Source: Octopus bimaculoides
Taxonomy: Eukaryota
Direction of reading: 5' to 3'
DNA: 64,000 bases
Assembly (NCBI RefSeq): GCF_001194135.2
Contig: NC_068982.1
Location: 33,770,475 to 33,834,474 of the forward strand
The notes beneath the pieces were generated by a model. That model had not been told where the DNA came from. It ran no database searches and was given only the letters and a program-made list of their open reading frames with translations. This document shows positions 52,501-64,000 of the stretch, piece by piece. Numbering within the stretch: position 1 is the stretch's first letter; each line of letters begins with the position of its first letter. A program made the position numbers and the translations under genes.

Positions 52501-52670
52501 GTCGTTGGTGCCGGCGCGCTTAGCGTTTGTTATTGGTTGGTTGCTTTCTTTTAAATGGGAGTGTTATTAGTTAAGTGTGTTTGACAGTCCGATCTATTGA
52601 GCTTTTTGTTTTTTCCCCCTCTACTTTCTCCAACGGCTAATTCCCCTTCCACTTTCTCCAACGGCTAACA
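52440..52670. promoter_or_regulatory. Candidate core promoter in the CpG-retaining island
   Basis: GC-rich core GTGCCGGCGCGC (about 52508-52520), ATTGG (reverse CCAAT) at about 52533, TTTAAA at about 52551, and two copies of ACTTTCTCCAACGGCTAA (52623-52640, 52651-52668). ETS-like CTTCCG lies nearby at about 52339. Confidence 0.45.
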
Positions 52671-55548
52671 CATGGATTGAAGACACTGTTTAGATTCCGA
52701 TATGGCTTTTGTTTTGCTCTCTCCCTCCCACTCTCTCTCCTTTTTATTTTTACGTGACTGCTCTCTTAAGTAGGGAGCTTTTTCTAAGCCTCTGTTGAAT
52801 ATATTTGCAGAGCGAGAAGGGTCACTGCATAGGGAGAATGAAAGAAAAAAAGAACAAATTATTTTTGAACTGTCCCATACCAGCAACACTTGGTCGTAAC
52901 TGTTTGCTACTATAGATAATAATTCTTTCTAATTTTGGCTCAAGGCCAGTATTTTGAGGGGAGGGGAGTCGATTACATCGACGCCAGTGCTTGACTGGTG
53001 TTTTGTTATATCGATCCCGAAAAGATTAAAAGAAAAAGGTGACCTAATAATACGGGGGGGGGGTGCTTCTTAGATACTAAATGATAAAAATGATTCTACA
53101 AGATATATCTTAAAATATTCTACCTATAACAATAAAAACTAAAATGTAACAAGCAAGCAAGTGGAGAAGTTTAAAAATATATGTAGTATATTAAAATACC
53201 CACAAAGATATTTTAAAATATATATAAAGTAATTTAAGTAAATGTATCGATGAGAAATGTTTTAAGACCGCAGTCATTTTGGCGGGGTACAGAAGGAAGT
53301 CTTGCCTTTTTCTTTTCTATCGTCTACACGCACACACACACATACACCTTACTGGACAGGAAGAGTCAACTTCAAGAAGTTATTGTTTAACCCCATATCA
53401 TCATTGATCCAGAAGATCTATGATCAAAGGCGTTTAAGCCGTGACCGTCCCATATTTTTGTATATCAATGAACTGGACTTAAAATAAGAACAGTAATAAA
53501 CGAGTGAAAAACGAATATATAGTGCGTGTGTTTATTTGGCAAAAAAAAAAACAATGACCATCCTGAAATATAACAATATCTATTTCAACACGGTTTCACA
53601 TCAGAGATCTTGCAACACAAATTCATAAACCTATTTTATTGTGCCCTTTATTTGGGGCTGTACGATATGATTTGGTGATCTCTCACAGGTTGATGCAACA
53701 ACGTAGTGACTCCCTCGTTAAGTTTAATACTTTTCTGTTTTCGTATCGTTTTGGGAATTAAAACCCAGGTAATAATCAATTATTAAGAATGGATGAAACG
53801 TTTATATATATAGAGAGAGGGAGAGAGAGAGAGAAATAGGATATATCTTATTTCTCTGTCAAGACAAAGAGATTACAAATAGCATGTTTGGGGAGTCTGA
53901 GATTGTTGGTTAGAGAAAGTTCACTTTTGGACGTAATCTGAAACACCAACTCTTGATTGATAGCCTATTTCCAATAATAGAGTAGATCTGGATGTGGAGA
54001 AGACCAATGTATATCTTAGCCTTGGTTAAAAAGAAAAAAGAAAAATCCTAGTAGAATGGACAAAATATCAGCTGTTCAATTATTATTGGCACAGTGATAA
54101 ATGTTTCTACCTCATTATTTAGCAACGAAACAGGTAAGGAAAACAGCAGGACAGAGTGAACAGCAAACAGATGTCTTTTTTTTTTTTGTATTTTTAGAAG
54201 CTGCTACCAACGGTACCAATCTTCTCGTGTTTTAACATTAAATTAGACACATAAATGCATTTACCTCATAAAAGCAACAAGTCCAATTCTAAAACTGTTT
54301 AAATAAGTTCGTATGCTGTAAGAAAATACGTTTCGGGGAGTGGCTCTTTCTACACTATACGAACTTATCAAAACCTGCGAACTTCCTAAAATAATTGTTG
54401 CTAACAGACCCCCACCAGCAGTTTATTATTATTATTTTATTTACCTAAAACTATGGACTACTGTAACCACCAGGTTAACCAAAAAAATACGTTTTATTGA
54501 GGTTGACAGTCGAAATTCAAAAAGAATCAGTTGTTACCTCCTGAGGAAGGAAGGGTTTCAACATAGTAAAAAAAAAGAATGTAGAAATTTTGAATGGTGC
54601 AAATGAGAGATGACACAAAACTGCCTTAATTCCATTTCAGTGTGCCTCTGTATGTGAATTTACACACACACAATCAATGCATTGGAGCATATGACCTTAT
54701 GGCTTTACACATACATTTCACAAATTACCTAACCTAACCTTATAAGCATATGCCAGTATAATCAGAAAATTCCATTTCTTTAAAACACGATTGGCTTATC
54801 TGATCTTCAGTTTCCTTCATATACTATCAAAATGAAGATCTTTGTCAAATATTTGCTTCCAGCTATTCTTGCAAACTGACAAGCAAACTCATTGTTCATA
54901 AGCTTAAGACAGACATTTAATTGTGTCTCATTATGCCCAACACAAACTAACTGTTTTTTTTTAAGATATAGCAACCATTCACATTTGAAAATTGAGTGGT
55001 TGGTGTAAAAATAGATAAGTTAATTGCTACAAGAAACTGAATGAGAAACTAAATTTGAAAATACTACAGATAGCATGGCTGTGTGGCAAGAAGGTTGCTT
55101 CCAAACCACATGGTTCTGAGTTCAGCCCCACTGCATGGAACCTTGGGCTATAGTCTTCTACTATAGCCTCAGGCCAACCGAAGCCTTGTGAGTGGATTTA
55201 GTAGACAGAAACTGAAAGAAACATATTGTGTGTGTGTGTTTTTGTGTCTGTGTTTGTCCCCTACCACTGCTTGACAACCAGTGTTGGTGTATTTATGTCC
55301 CCATATCTTAGTGGATCAGCAAAAGAGACCAATAGAATAAGTATCAGGTTTATAAAAATAAATCCTGGGGTCGATTTGTTCAACTAAAACTCTTCAGTCA
55401 AATGACTGAATCAAGTAAAAGAAAATAGATAAACACATAATGGGTTCAAGTCCCACTGCACAACCCCTTGAGCAAGTGTCTTCTATTTACAGCCCACAGA
55501 GCTGACCAAAGCCTTATGGAAACTAGATGAAGCCTGTTGCACATTATA

Positions 55549-55665
55549 CAAGGGGGTGCTGAAAAGTTCTTGGCTTTAGGTAAAAGAAAATACAGGAGGA
55601 TCAGTTAATTATGATTTTATTGAACATATTCCCCTCTCAGATTTATGCACCTTATTGCAGCAGGT
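55549..55665 (+). mobile_element. Terminal fragment of a Tc1/mariner (irritans-like) element or MITE
   Basis: TA followed by CAAGGGGGTGCTGAAAAGTTCTTGGC resembles the CGAGGGG..GAAAAGTT termini of irritans-type mariners. No second end was found. Confidence 0.55.
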
Positions 55666-58399
55666 TCAAAAACTAAGTACTGGGGTCAATTTGTTCAACT
55701 AGAGTCTTCAAGGTGTTGCCCCAAAACAAGTTAAAGATAGAATATCTAAAACCCATTTAAAATAGTCTTCACAGTTTGAACTTGTCATTTGTCTACCATC
55801 CCCTTTACATGACATACTCAGTAAATTAATTGGCAGGGTTGTTGAAATATCAGATATGTGGTATTCATTCTAACTCTCAGTACACTAAGAATTGTAACTC
55901 TATGCTAAGGTCAATTTTACTTTAGTTCCATCTCTTCTGAGTTGAAAATAAGGTACCAGTTATTTACTGATATTAATTCCTGCCTCTCTCTCTCTCTCTC
56001 TCTCTCAGAGAAATCAACTGTAGTCAGATCTGAAAATGGATGAGGTCTGCCACATTTAGAATGCACAAAAACCCACTGTATGTCACAACAGCACTTCTAT
56101 GGCGCCTATAAGGAGCCGACAGCCTACTGAAAGGCAAGGACTTACAAAAGAAAGGACTGTATCTATGACCTACCTCAAGACCTCCAAAAACTTGTGGAAA
56201 GAAAGGCAGATGTAATCTTCAAACTAGAGACATGACACAAATGCTTGTAATAGAGTGGAGTCTGCCTGCCAATAACTCCCAAGAGGTTAGGTAGTCACAT
56301 TACACTAATTGTAGGATTAAGTTAACCACGAGAGACTGATATTGACATTAAATTATTGTCACTATATATCTACAGGAATTTTCAGATTTATAAAATATGG
56401 TATAATAATAAAGTTAATTACAAAAATCAGAAAGTTAAAACTTGTATAATTATAAAAGTGAAAGCAAGCATTTTTAAGATAATAAGCCTGTGTTTATATA
56501 TCTTAAGGTTTGACATAATCACTAGAGCATCAGACAAATTATTGTGGCTCTGGTACCATAGATTTGGACAGAAGGTGGAAACTCCACCAGTCAGGTATGA
56601 TGCCAACTGTGTCTGCACAAGCAGAAGTAAGGGGACACACTAACCCCTAGCTATCAGATTTAATAGATTGAAAATCTATTCAAATTATTCTTTTGTGCAC
56701 CTTTAAAATCCAAATCATTTACATACAAAAGTTTGCATGATATACAGGTCTAAATTCTCAATTTTCAATAGTGATTTTGGAATTAAGACTAAAAACAGCA
56801 TTTAATATCATTACATTTTTTACCTGGATATCCATAAGCTAGTATAGGTGGATTCATGTACTCTTTGACAGAATGTATAAACAGATAAATTAAGTTAATA
56901 CTGTTCAAACAGCACTTATCCAATCCAACATCTCTGCCACTCATTTCCTACTCCTGTCTTTCAAATTTCATCAACAATTCAGAAGAAGTACAAACTGCAT
57001 TCATTTCTGTTATCTACAACATGACCTATTCTGATAGAGACAGCTAAATCTCCCTCAAGTTACACCCTACCATCTTAAAATAGAAAAAGAACACATTGAA
57101 TTATGTAAACATGTAAATATGTGTGGTTTTGTATCTACTTTCCATTCAAACAAGATTGGATTGTCGTTGTTAGACAACCTTTTGACATAGGTTTGCTCAA
57201 TCAGGGTTGACCTGGAGCTAAAGAGCATATACTGATGATGAAATAAACCTGGAAACAAAAACACAAGAAACGGGGACCTCCTGGTCTTTCCAGAATCAAT
57301 AAAACAAACTCAAATAATGGGTTGATTGAAATCAATTACACACCTCTTCCTGAAGAAATTCAAGGCCCTGTTTAAGTTAGAAATCAATGTTGTAAAAGGT
57401 TCAGTAGAAGACAAAATCAGACAAGCACCAAGAAAAAGAAGCCTAGTGATATAAAGTAACATTCTTTTAAATTCTGAGGTAAGAAAGACTTATCCCACCC
57501 CCTTTACAACCGATTTTATTTTTTGTCCTTCAAATTATGATAAAATAGGCAGTGCTCAGGTACAGGGTCAATTCAACTGATCAAACACCTTTCCTACAAA
57601 TGAGTTGAATTTGAAAATCAATACCAAATAAATAAAGCATTTAAACCCATCATATCTGGTTCAAATATTCTACCTGTTTTATGCTAAAACTAGCTAGATC
57701 TGGCCTCTCACACCTACCTTACAGTGTTGTTCTAAAAATAAGCAGTGACATCACTGAAATTTTGAAGCTACGAGATAATGTTTGATGAATTCAAAACAAT
57801 GTGAATAAATAAGAATTACATTTATCAGAGTAATCTAAATGCTAAAGAGTTTATTTCAGGTTTTCAAGTAGAACATGTATTTTAAACAATGATATATAAA
57901 AGAAAATAATGAAAACAGTAGTTTCATATATCAGTTAAGTCTGTATCTAAATGCAATCTAAAATACATAAATAGATCAATTTTCTCAAGAATAGTATCAT
58001 GTAAAAAGAAATTAGGATAAATTCTTCGTAAGAAGCATGAAAATTAACAATCACCATAATTAACAGACTACACAACTAAATTTGACTACCAACAGACTTC
58101 ACAGAAATTAAGTTATTACCACAACTCCTAGTTGGATTATATTTATACTGAATTAAGAAACTCTGAAAATATATAGCTTATATACAGTAACAAATAATTT
58201 TGGTCAAATAAAACTATTTCAGTGTACATAAAATGTATATTATGGAAAGCAACAAAACACAAACACACTAAGATTCTACACCTTTTAAGAAGAAACCAAA
58301 TGGAGTAACAAGATATACACCCATCAATAGAAAAAAAAGGTTGTTTAATGAATAGTAGTTTTGGTTGCATCACTCAGTCTAATAACAGAAATGGAGTGT

Positions 58400-59700
58400 G
58401 ATGTGTCATAAATCAATGAACCAGTTTTACCTGGTTTTAACAGTACATCATGTTGATAAATATTGTGTAGTGCTGTTTTTATTGGCAGGGTTCCCCACCA
58501 TCCCTAATGAATGGATATCTTGAATAACTTGACAACATTTAAGTAAAATTTCATTGATAATAGCAGAACAAGTGTTGACCAAATATACCCAGCATTCTCC
58601 ACCTACACATAAACACTATACTGCATCGTTGCAGATAGATTTCTAAGGTTTCCTGGGTTAGCCAGCACATTAACTTTAAATCAACTCAATAGAACATCAT
58701 CAGAATGAGATGGAACAAGTTGTTAATACTGCAAATATATAATTCATTTGGTAATAGGAGAGGGATTGTGTCATAGCTTTATGGTACAATAAACCCATGT
58801 TTCCAGGAATTAAAGTCATTTTTTGATGAAAAGAATCCAATACTGAGTTAATTTATTTTTCATGAATTGTCTAAAGAAGCAGTACAGATGACATCTGTAT
58901 GTCAGTATAGACTGTTGAGGTTGGTGTTTAATATAAACGTCTGTAAGAAAATGAGGGTATGAAGAATGACTCTGAGGAAGGCCATCTTAGAGAAAAAGTG
59001 TTTAGTGCAGAGTCTGGTGGTTAAGACACAGAAGTGTCCACAAAGGAAGAAGAGACAGGTGCATCAGGTGTGCCTACATGGAAGTGGTGTGCAGCTTGTT
59101 ACTTCAGGAGGGAAGAAGTTATTTTAGTAGTAGGAGAAGAAACAGTATTTGTGGTTGTAGTCTTTCTGAAGGTTGATAGTTATAAGAAAAATGTGAGCAG
59201 AGAAAGAATTACAGAGACATGATTAGGAAATGTGTTTTATGTGGGGATTAACATGGATACCGGTTGAGACACATTAGGGTTAAGTGAAAAGGAGAGATGT
59301 GTCCATGAGGTAGTCTAAAACAGAAGTGAAACAAGAGTATATTTGCTTGTTTGTTTGTGAAAGAAAAAGAAAAACAAGACAGGGGGTAATACAGCAATTG
59401 GTACATATAGAAGCTAAAGATGCACCAAGGCTTATTGGCACTGGTATGGAGAATGAACATTTCTGAACCTCCATTTTAGCACAATTCAAAGATCTTGGCA
59501 TTCTTCCTGCTTTGGCCAAAGCAGTCAGGACAATATGTTAGCTCCTAAGTTATGAGGAAAGCTATGGGTTTTTTATTTGCTTCATATAATCCTGATGGCT
59601 ATGTTTCAGCCTACTGGCAATATTCTAAAATGTTGTTTGGCAGCAATGCAAAACTATTGAGAGTAGGTAGAGCAAATGATTTACTTAAGTGGGATTTATT
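58400..59700 (-). mobile_element. Highly degraded CR1/Jockey-like LINE remnant
   Basis: Pyrimidine-rich minus strand with patchy motifs (ALAKA, PC.H..HPV, MQYSVYV*V ~ MEYCSHVW). Many stops. Confidence 0.5.
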
Positions 59701-60399
59701 TATTATTTTAGTAGAGAACAGGGGGAGGGTTTAAGGTCGTGAAACAAAGCGAACATATGCTGACTCATTCCAAACAAAAAACTTTTCCCACTATCCTGAT
59801 GATGATAGCAAACAAAACACAATTACCTGCAAACTAAAGAGAACAGATAGAAGTGATTTTAAATGTTTATATATTTGAAATTTGAAAGAAAAATATCAGT
59901 CATCTCTTCATATTTGCTCTGGATACTGAAAATATTTAAAATGTGCATGAACATATATTCATATACTAATACCTATTTCATGTTACACTAAGAAAAGGTG
60001 CATGGTACTAGAATTTTCGACTCAAGTCCAATATAACAAACTCTTCCAAATCATTGTTAGAGTATCTGCATAAGCAGAGTCAAGACCATCAAGGAAGTAT
60101 TGACACTGTTGTATTTTGAAATCATTTGAAATCATTAGATACATATTAAATCACTTCAAGATATCACTATTTGGTTTCACTTCATTATCACAACTATATA
60201 TAAATACCTATACATACATGTATGCACATACATACAGGTATATGACATAAATGAAGAGCGGAGTTTATGATATAACTTTCATTCCATGATTTTCATATTA
60301 AGGTGACTAATTACAATGACAATTTAGTAATGCATATTATGTAATGTATATAACTTAATAGCACCAGTAGTTGTTTCATTGAACCAATTGAATAGAGTA

Positions 60400-60850
60400 A
60401 TACACATACATGTGTGTGTGTTATGAATCACATCATCAGATTGTAGACAGTTATGCATCATCAACCACATTGGATTCACCATTCGCAGCTCTATCAGAAC
60501 AATATTTTTGATAAATAAGGACAGTAAAAGAGTAAATTTGCTGGCATGCACAAAACTTGCCTAAGCTAGAATTTATTAGAGTCGCACAAAGCACAGTTGA
60601 ATAAAATATATGCCTGCACAATGATATTTAACACCATTGTGAACACTTGAACATGGGGAGACCTTTCACTGCAAGAATAGTCTTGGGTAAATGTTTTCCT
60701 CTTAACACTGAGAACAATGAATTTCATATTCACAGCTGATAAGGTGTAACGATGCAGAAATGCATGCATCATACAATCCATATCCCAATGTGTTTTCATA
60801 TATGTTGTCTCAGAAGAGAAATTTCTCCCAATATTTCCACAGCATAAGAT
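60400..60850 (-). mobile_element. Old RTE LINE RT-domain remnant
   Basis: Minus frames give SSVHNGVKYHCAG (NGVKQGC motif) and CLQSDDVI (FADD motif). Confidence 0.55.
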
Positions 60851-60913
60851 CTTCTTGCATTCAAGTCTACATGGACATGTTAAATATCATTGTACTTTCA
60901 TATATTCATTTAA

Positions 60914-61133
60914 CCCATAAGCATTTAAACCAGCTATATCCAGCCCAAATATGTTGACTGTTTTATGTTCTAACCAACCAGATCCAGTCTATCATGCATA
61001 CCCTTCAATGTCACTCAAAAAGTATATAATCATATCATCAAAATTTCAAATCTACGAAATAAAGCATGATTAATTAGAAACAATGTGAATGAAAAAGCTT
61101 TACATTTGACAGAATAATCTGAATGCTAAGGGG
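60914..61133 (-). mobile_element. 220-bp TTAA-flanked MITE, family F (piggyBac-type ends)
   Basis: TTAA|CCCATAAGCATT...AATGCTAAGGGG|TTAA. Paralogues at about 14950-15130, 16760-17000, 21220-21437, 46330-46500 and 57620-57850. Confidence 0.78.
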
Positions 61134-61253
61134 TTAATATCCACAGTTGCTTTCTACAACTCTAATGAATACAGGCCTTTACCACAGAAAACACCCAACA
61201 ATTCACAACTATCCAAAGTATGAGATATATATGTATATATATATCATCATCAT

Positions 61254-61700
61254 CATCGTTTAACATCCGCTTTCCATGCTAGCATGGGTTGGACGATTTG
61301 ACTGAGGACTGGTGCAACCGGATGGCTACACCAGGCTCCAATCTAATTTGGCAGAGTTTCTACAGCTGGATGCCCTTCCTAACGCCAACCACTCAGAGAG
61401 TGTAGTGGGTGCTTTTACGTGTCACCCGCACGAAAACAGCCACGCTCGAAATGGTGTCTTTTATGTGCCACCCGCACAAGAGCCAGTCCAGGGGCACTGG
61501 CAACGATCTCGCTCGAAAACCCTACAAGGCCAGTCAGGCGGTACTGGCAACGGTCACGCTCAGGATGGTACATCTTATGTGCCACCCGCACAAGAGCCAG
61601 TCCAGGGGCCCTGGCAACGATCTCACTTGGCTTGCCGGGTCTTCTCACGCACAGCACATTTCCAAAGGTCTCGGTCAGTAGTCATCGCCTCGGTGAGGCC
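61254..61700 (-). mobile_element. Young RTE LINE 3' end, same family as 25581-26425
   Basis: Near-identical to the 25581-25814 sequence and ends in ctcggtgaggcc, which joins the ORF tail seen at 26089. It carries an internal repeat of atgtgccacccgcacaagagccagtccagggg. Confidence 0.92.
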
Positions 61701-61750
61701 CATATATATATATACATACACACACACACACACTTATGCATACATAAGTA

Positions 61751-62886
61751 TCAGGTTGGAAAGAAAGTTTGTCGCATTTCACATGATTACCTTAAGGGGA
61801 CATTTTCAATACTAGATTAAACATTAATTTTTTACATTTTTTTTCTCTTTTTTTTTTTTGCAGATTATTTTATACCATAGAGGTTAAATTCATATCAATT
61901 TTAACCTTTTAAAATGAGATCAGATCCATATCAGACACTGCATGTTGTATGAATCCAAAAGGGACTCTTTATCAATGGAAGCAGCAAGAAATATTCACTT
62001 TGTCTATGGAACCTTTGGATATACGAACAATGTTTTGGATAAAACCAATGGTAGTTTGGCCAGGTTTGTACAGGAAAATTTTCTTTTGCAGATCCCCCTT
62101 GATCTGGATGACCAAAGCAAACTACACAAGAATTACAAAATCAGTTCAATTTAAGCCACACTTCAATTACAAAATACCTAGGAAAAGTGTCTAAACTTGG
62201 TCAGTGCACCCTTCATCATTTGATTGCTTCTCAAAGAGTCACCTGCTATTTGTCACTAAAGCATGACTTACTACCAAACCTCTCCTGGATTGAATCATCG
62301 CGACTGATGAAAACTGAGTTCTCTATAATCATATCCAATGAAAACAATGGCTAGCATCCAATGAAAAAGGAGTATTCATCCCCAAACCAGGGGCTAAGCC
62401 CAAAATTGTTATACTCTGTGTTTGGTGGGAGGTGAAGGGTGTCATCTATCATGAAGTGTTGAACCAAAGCAAAACAGTTAATGCAGAGAAGTATTGCCAT
62501 CAAATGGAAGTATTACAAAAACAAAGTGCCCATCATTGGTCAATAATATAGGGGTGTTAAAATAAAGCAAGATCACATATGGCCCAAGTCACTCAGGAAA
62601 AGATTATGGCACTGTTGACCTTGCTCTCTCTGGGTATCATTTTTCCAAATTTCTTCAACATTATTTAGAGGGAAAATAATTTATTAATTGTCAAGTGATT
62701 AACAGTCACAGTCATATTGAGTGTTTCATTGCTTCAAAAGCCGAGGCATTTAATGTCCAAGAGATCAACAATTTGTTGAATCGATGGGATTATCTTATCA
62801 ATATTATCTTGATTAAATATATCAATTAACACCAAAGAAGCATTTGTTTCTTTCCCATCTTAAAATGCAACAGGACTTTTCCAAAC
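61751..62886 (+). mobile_element. Degraded mariner transposon
   Basis: Starts TA|TCAGGTTGGAAAGAAAGTTTGTCGC. Translated remnants HIRHCMLYE..., IIATDEN*VLYNH, PKPG..KIVILCVWWEVKGVIYHEVL, KTVNAEKYCHQME. The right end is only loosely complementary to the left TIR. Confidence 0.85.
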
Positions 62887-62889
62887 TAT

Positions 62890-63250
62890 ACATTTATAAA
62901 CATGCATACATATATATATGCACAAGCATACATATACACACACATACAAATATACATACATACATACATATACACACATACTCATATACATACATATATA
63001 TATACACACATACTCATATACATACATACATGGATATATACATATATATATATACACACACATATATACATACATACATATATATATATATATACACACA
63101 CATATATACATACATATATATATATACACACACATACACATATGTATATACATATGCACACACATATATATACATATACACACATAAGTGTATATGCATA
63201 CATATACACACACACACATACGTATAACATACATACACACATATATACAT
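62890..63250. repeat. Compound TA/CA/TACA low-complexity array
   Basis: Direct reading. It is the source of the six overlapping spurious ORFs at 62844-63283. Confidence 0.97.
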
Positions 63251-63443
63251 GAGCTTGTCTTCCCCTCGCAAACTTAAGGACACAGTAAATGTGTCAAGGC
63301 CGACAGGAAGCGGTCCAGCTTCCTAGGGCTAAACGGCAGTAGTGTGTTCCCTTCTTGGGATTGTCACATTAAGTTGACAATACACTACAACTTTATCGCT
63401 CCACTACTGCTTAAATCTCTCTGAGAGATTTAGAAATATTATA

Positions 63444-63475
<32 letters not shown>

Positions 63476-63841
63476 TCATCATCATCGTTTAACGTCCGAT
63501 TTCCATGCTAGCATGGGCTAGACGATTTGACTAAGGTCTGGCAAGCCAGTGGGCTGCACCAGGCTGCAATCTAATCTGGAAATGTTTCTACAGCTGGATG
63601 CCCTTCATAACGCCAACCACTCCAAGGGTGTAGTGGGTGCTTTTTATGTGTCACTGGCACGGGAGCCAGTCAGGCGACCCTGGCATAGACCACATTCGGA
63701 TGGAGCATTTTACATGCCACCAGCATAGGAGCCAGTCAAGGGGCACTGGCCACGCCTACGATTTCGCTTGTCTCAACAGGTCTTCTGAAGCATATCATAT
63801 CGCCCAACGTTTCATGTTGCACATTTCATGTGCTTACTCCG

Positions 63842-63881
<40 letters not shown>

Positions 63882-64000
63882 TCTGGCCCCCATCTGTCAT
63901 TAATGACCAAGAATCAAGGTTCAAGTTTTCCACGCTACTGAAATAGTATTGTCTGTAACTGAAGTGACTAAAATGTCTGATGTAAAAAAAAAAAAAAAAA

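Noticed and set aside
56557-56612. Possible micro-exon (minus DTVGIIPDWWSFHLLSKSM; an overlapping + candidate also exists)
   Set aside because: Good splice-like signals on both strands, no recognisable product and phase-incompatible with the other candidates. Not supportable without RNA data.
59460-59540. + strand FKDLGILPALAKAV resembling a DEAD-box Q-motif
   Set aside because: Flanked by stops, with no splice signals or further helicase motifs. It is better explained as the antisense of the degraded CR1-like LINE.
62844-63283. Six overlapping ORFs rich in Y/I/H/T or V/C/M
   Set aside because: Translations of a TA/CA microsatellite array.

Overview
AT-rich, repeat-saturated eukaryotic DNA with several assembly gaps (N runs). 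The SINE/RTE/microsatellite mix looks like a coleoid cephalopod, probably Octopus; this is my inference from repeat-family resemblance, not a database hit. No intact protein-coding gene could be assembled, and nearly all listed ORFs are microsatellite-, gap- or TE-derived. The window contains dozens of copies of two tRNA-headed SINE families, many 5'-truncated RTE LINE pieces (some young) and old CR1/Jockey-like LINE remnants. DNA transposons include one full-length but dead Hsmar1-like mariner with TIRs and TA TSD, two further mariner remnants, three families of ~200-220 bp TTAA-flanked (piggyBac-type) MITEs, a hAT end and a 1.15 kb internally deleted Helitron with both termini and a helicase C-terminal remnant. 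The most interesting signals are two hammerhead-ribozyme folds: 12426-12483 with an intact core, and 38388-38435 with a palindromic stem III inside a direct-plus-inverted repeat module resembling Penelope-like element ends. There is also a ~6.5 kb CpG-retaining island (about 47950-54510) between CpG-depleted flanks, holding a candidate promoter with tandem MYB/MSA-like sites and possible non-coding first exons. All exon calls are tentative and many repeat boundaries are approximate.
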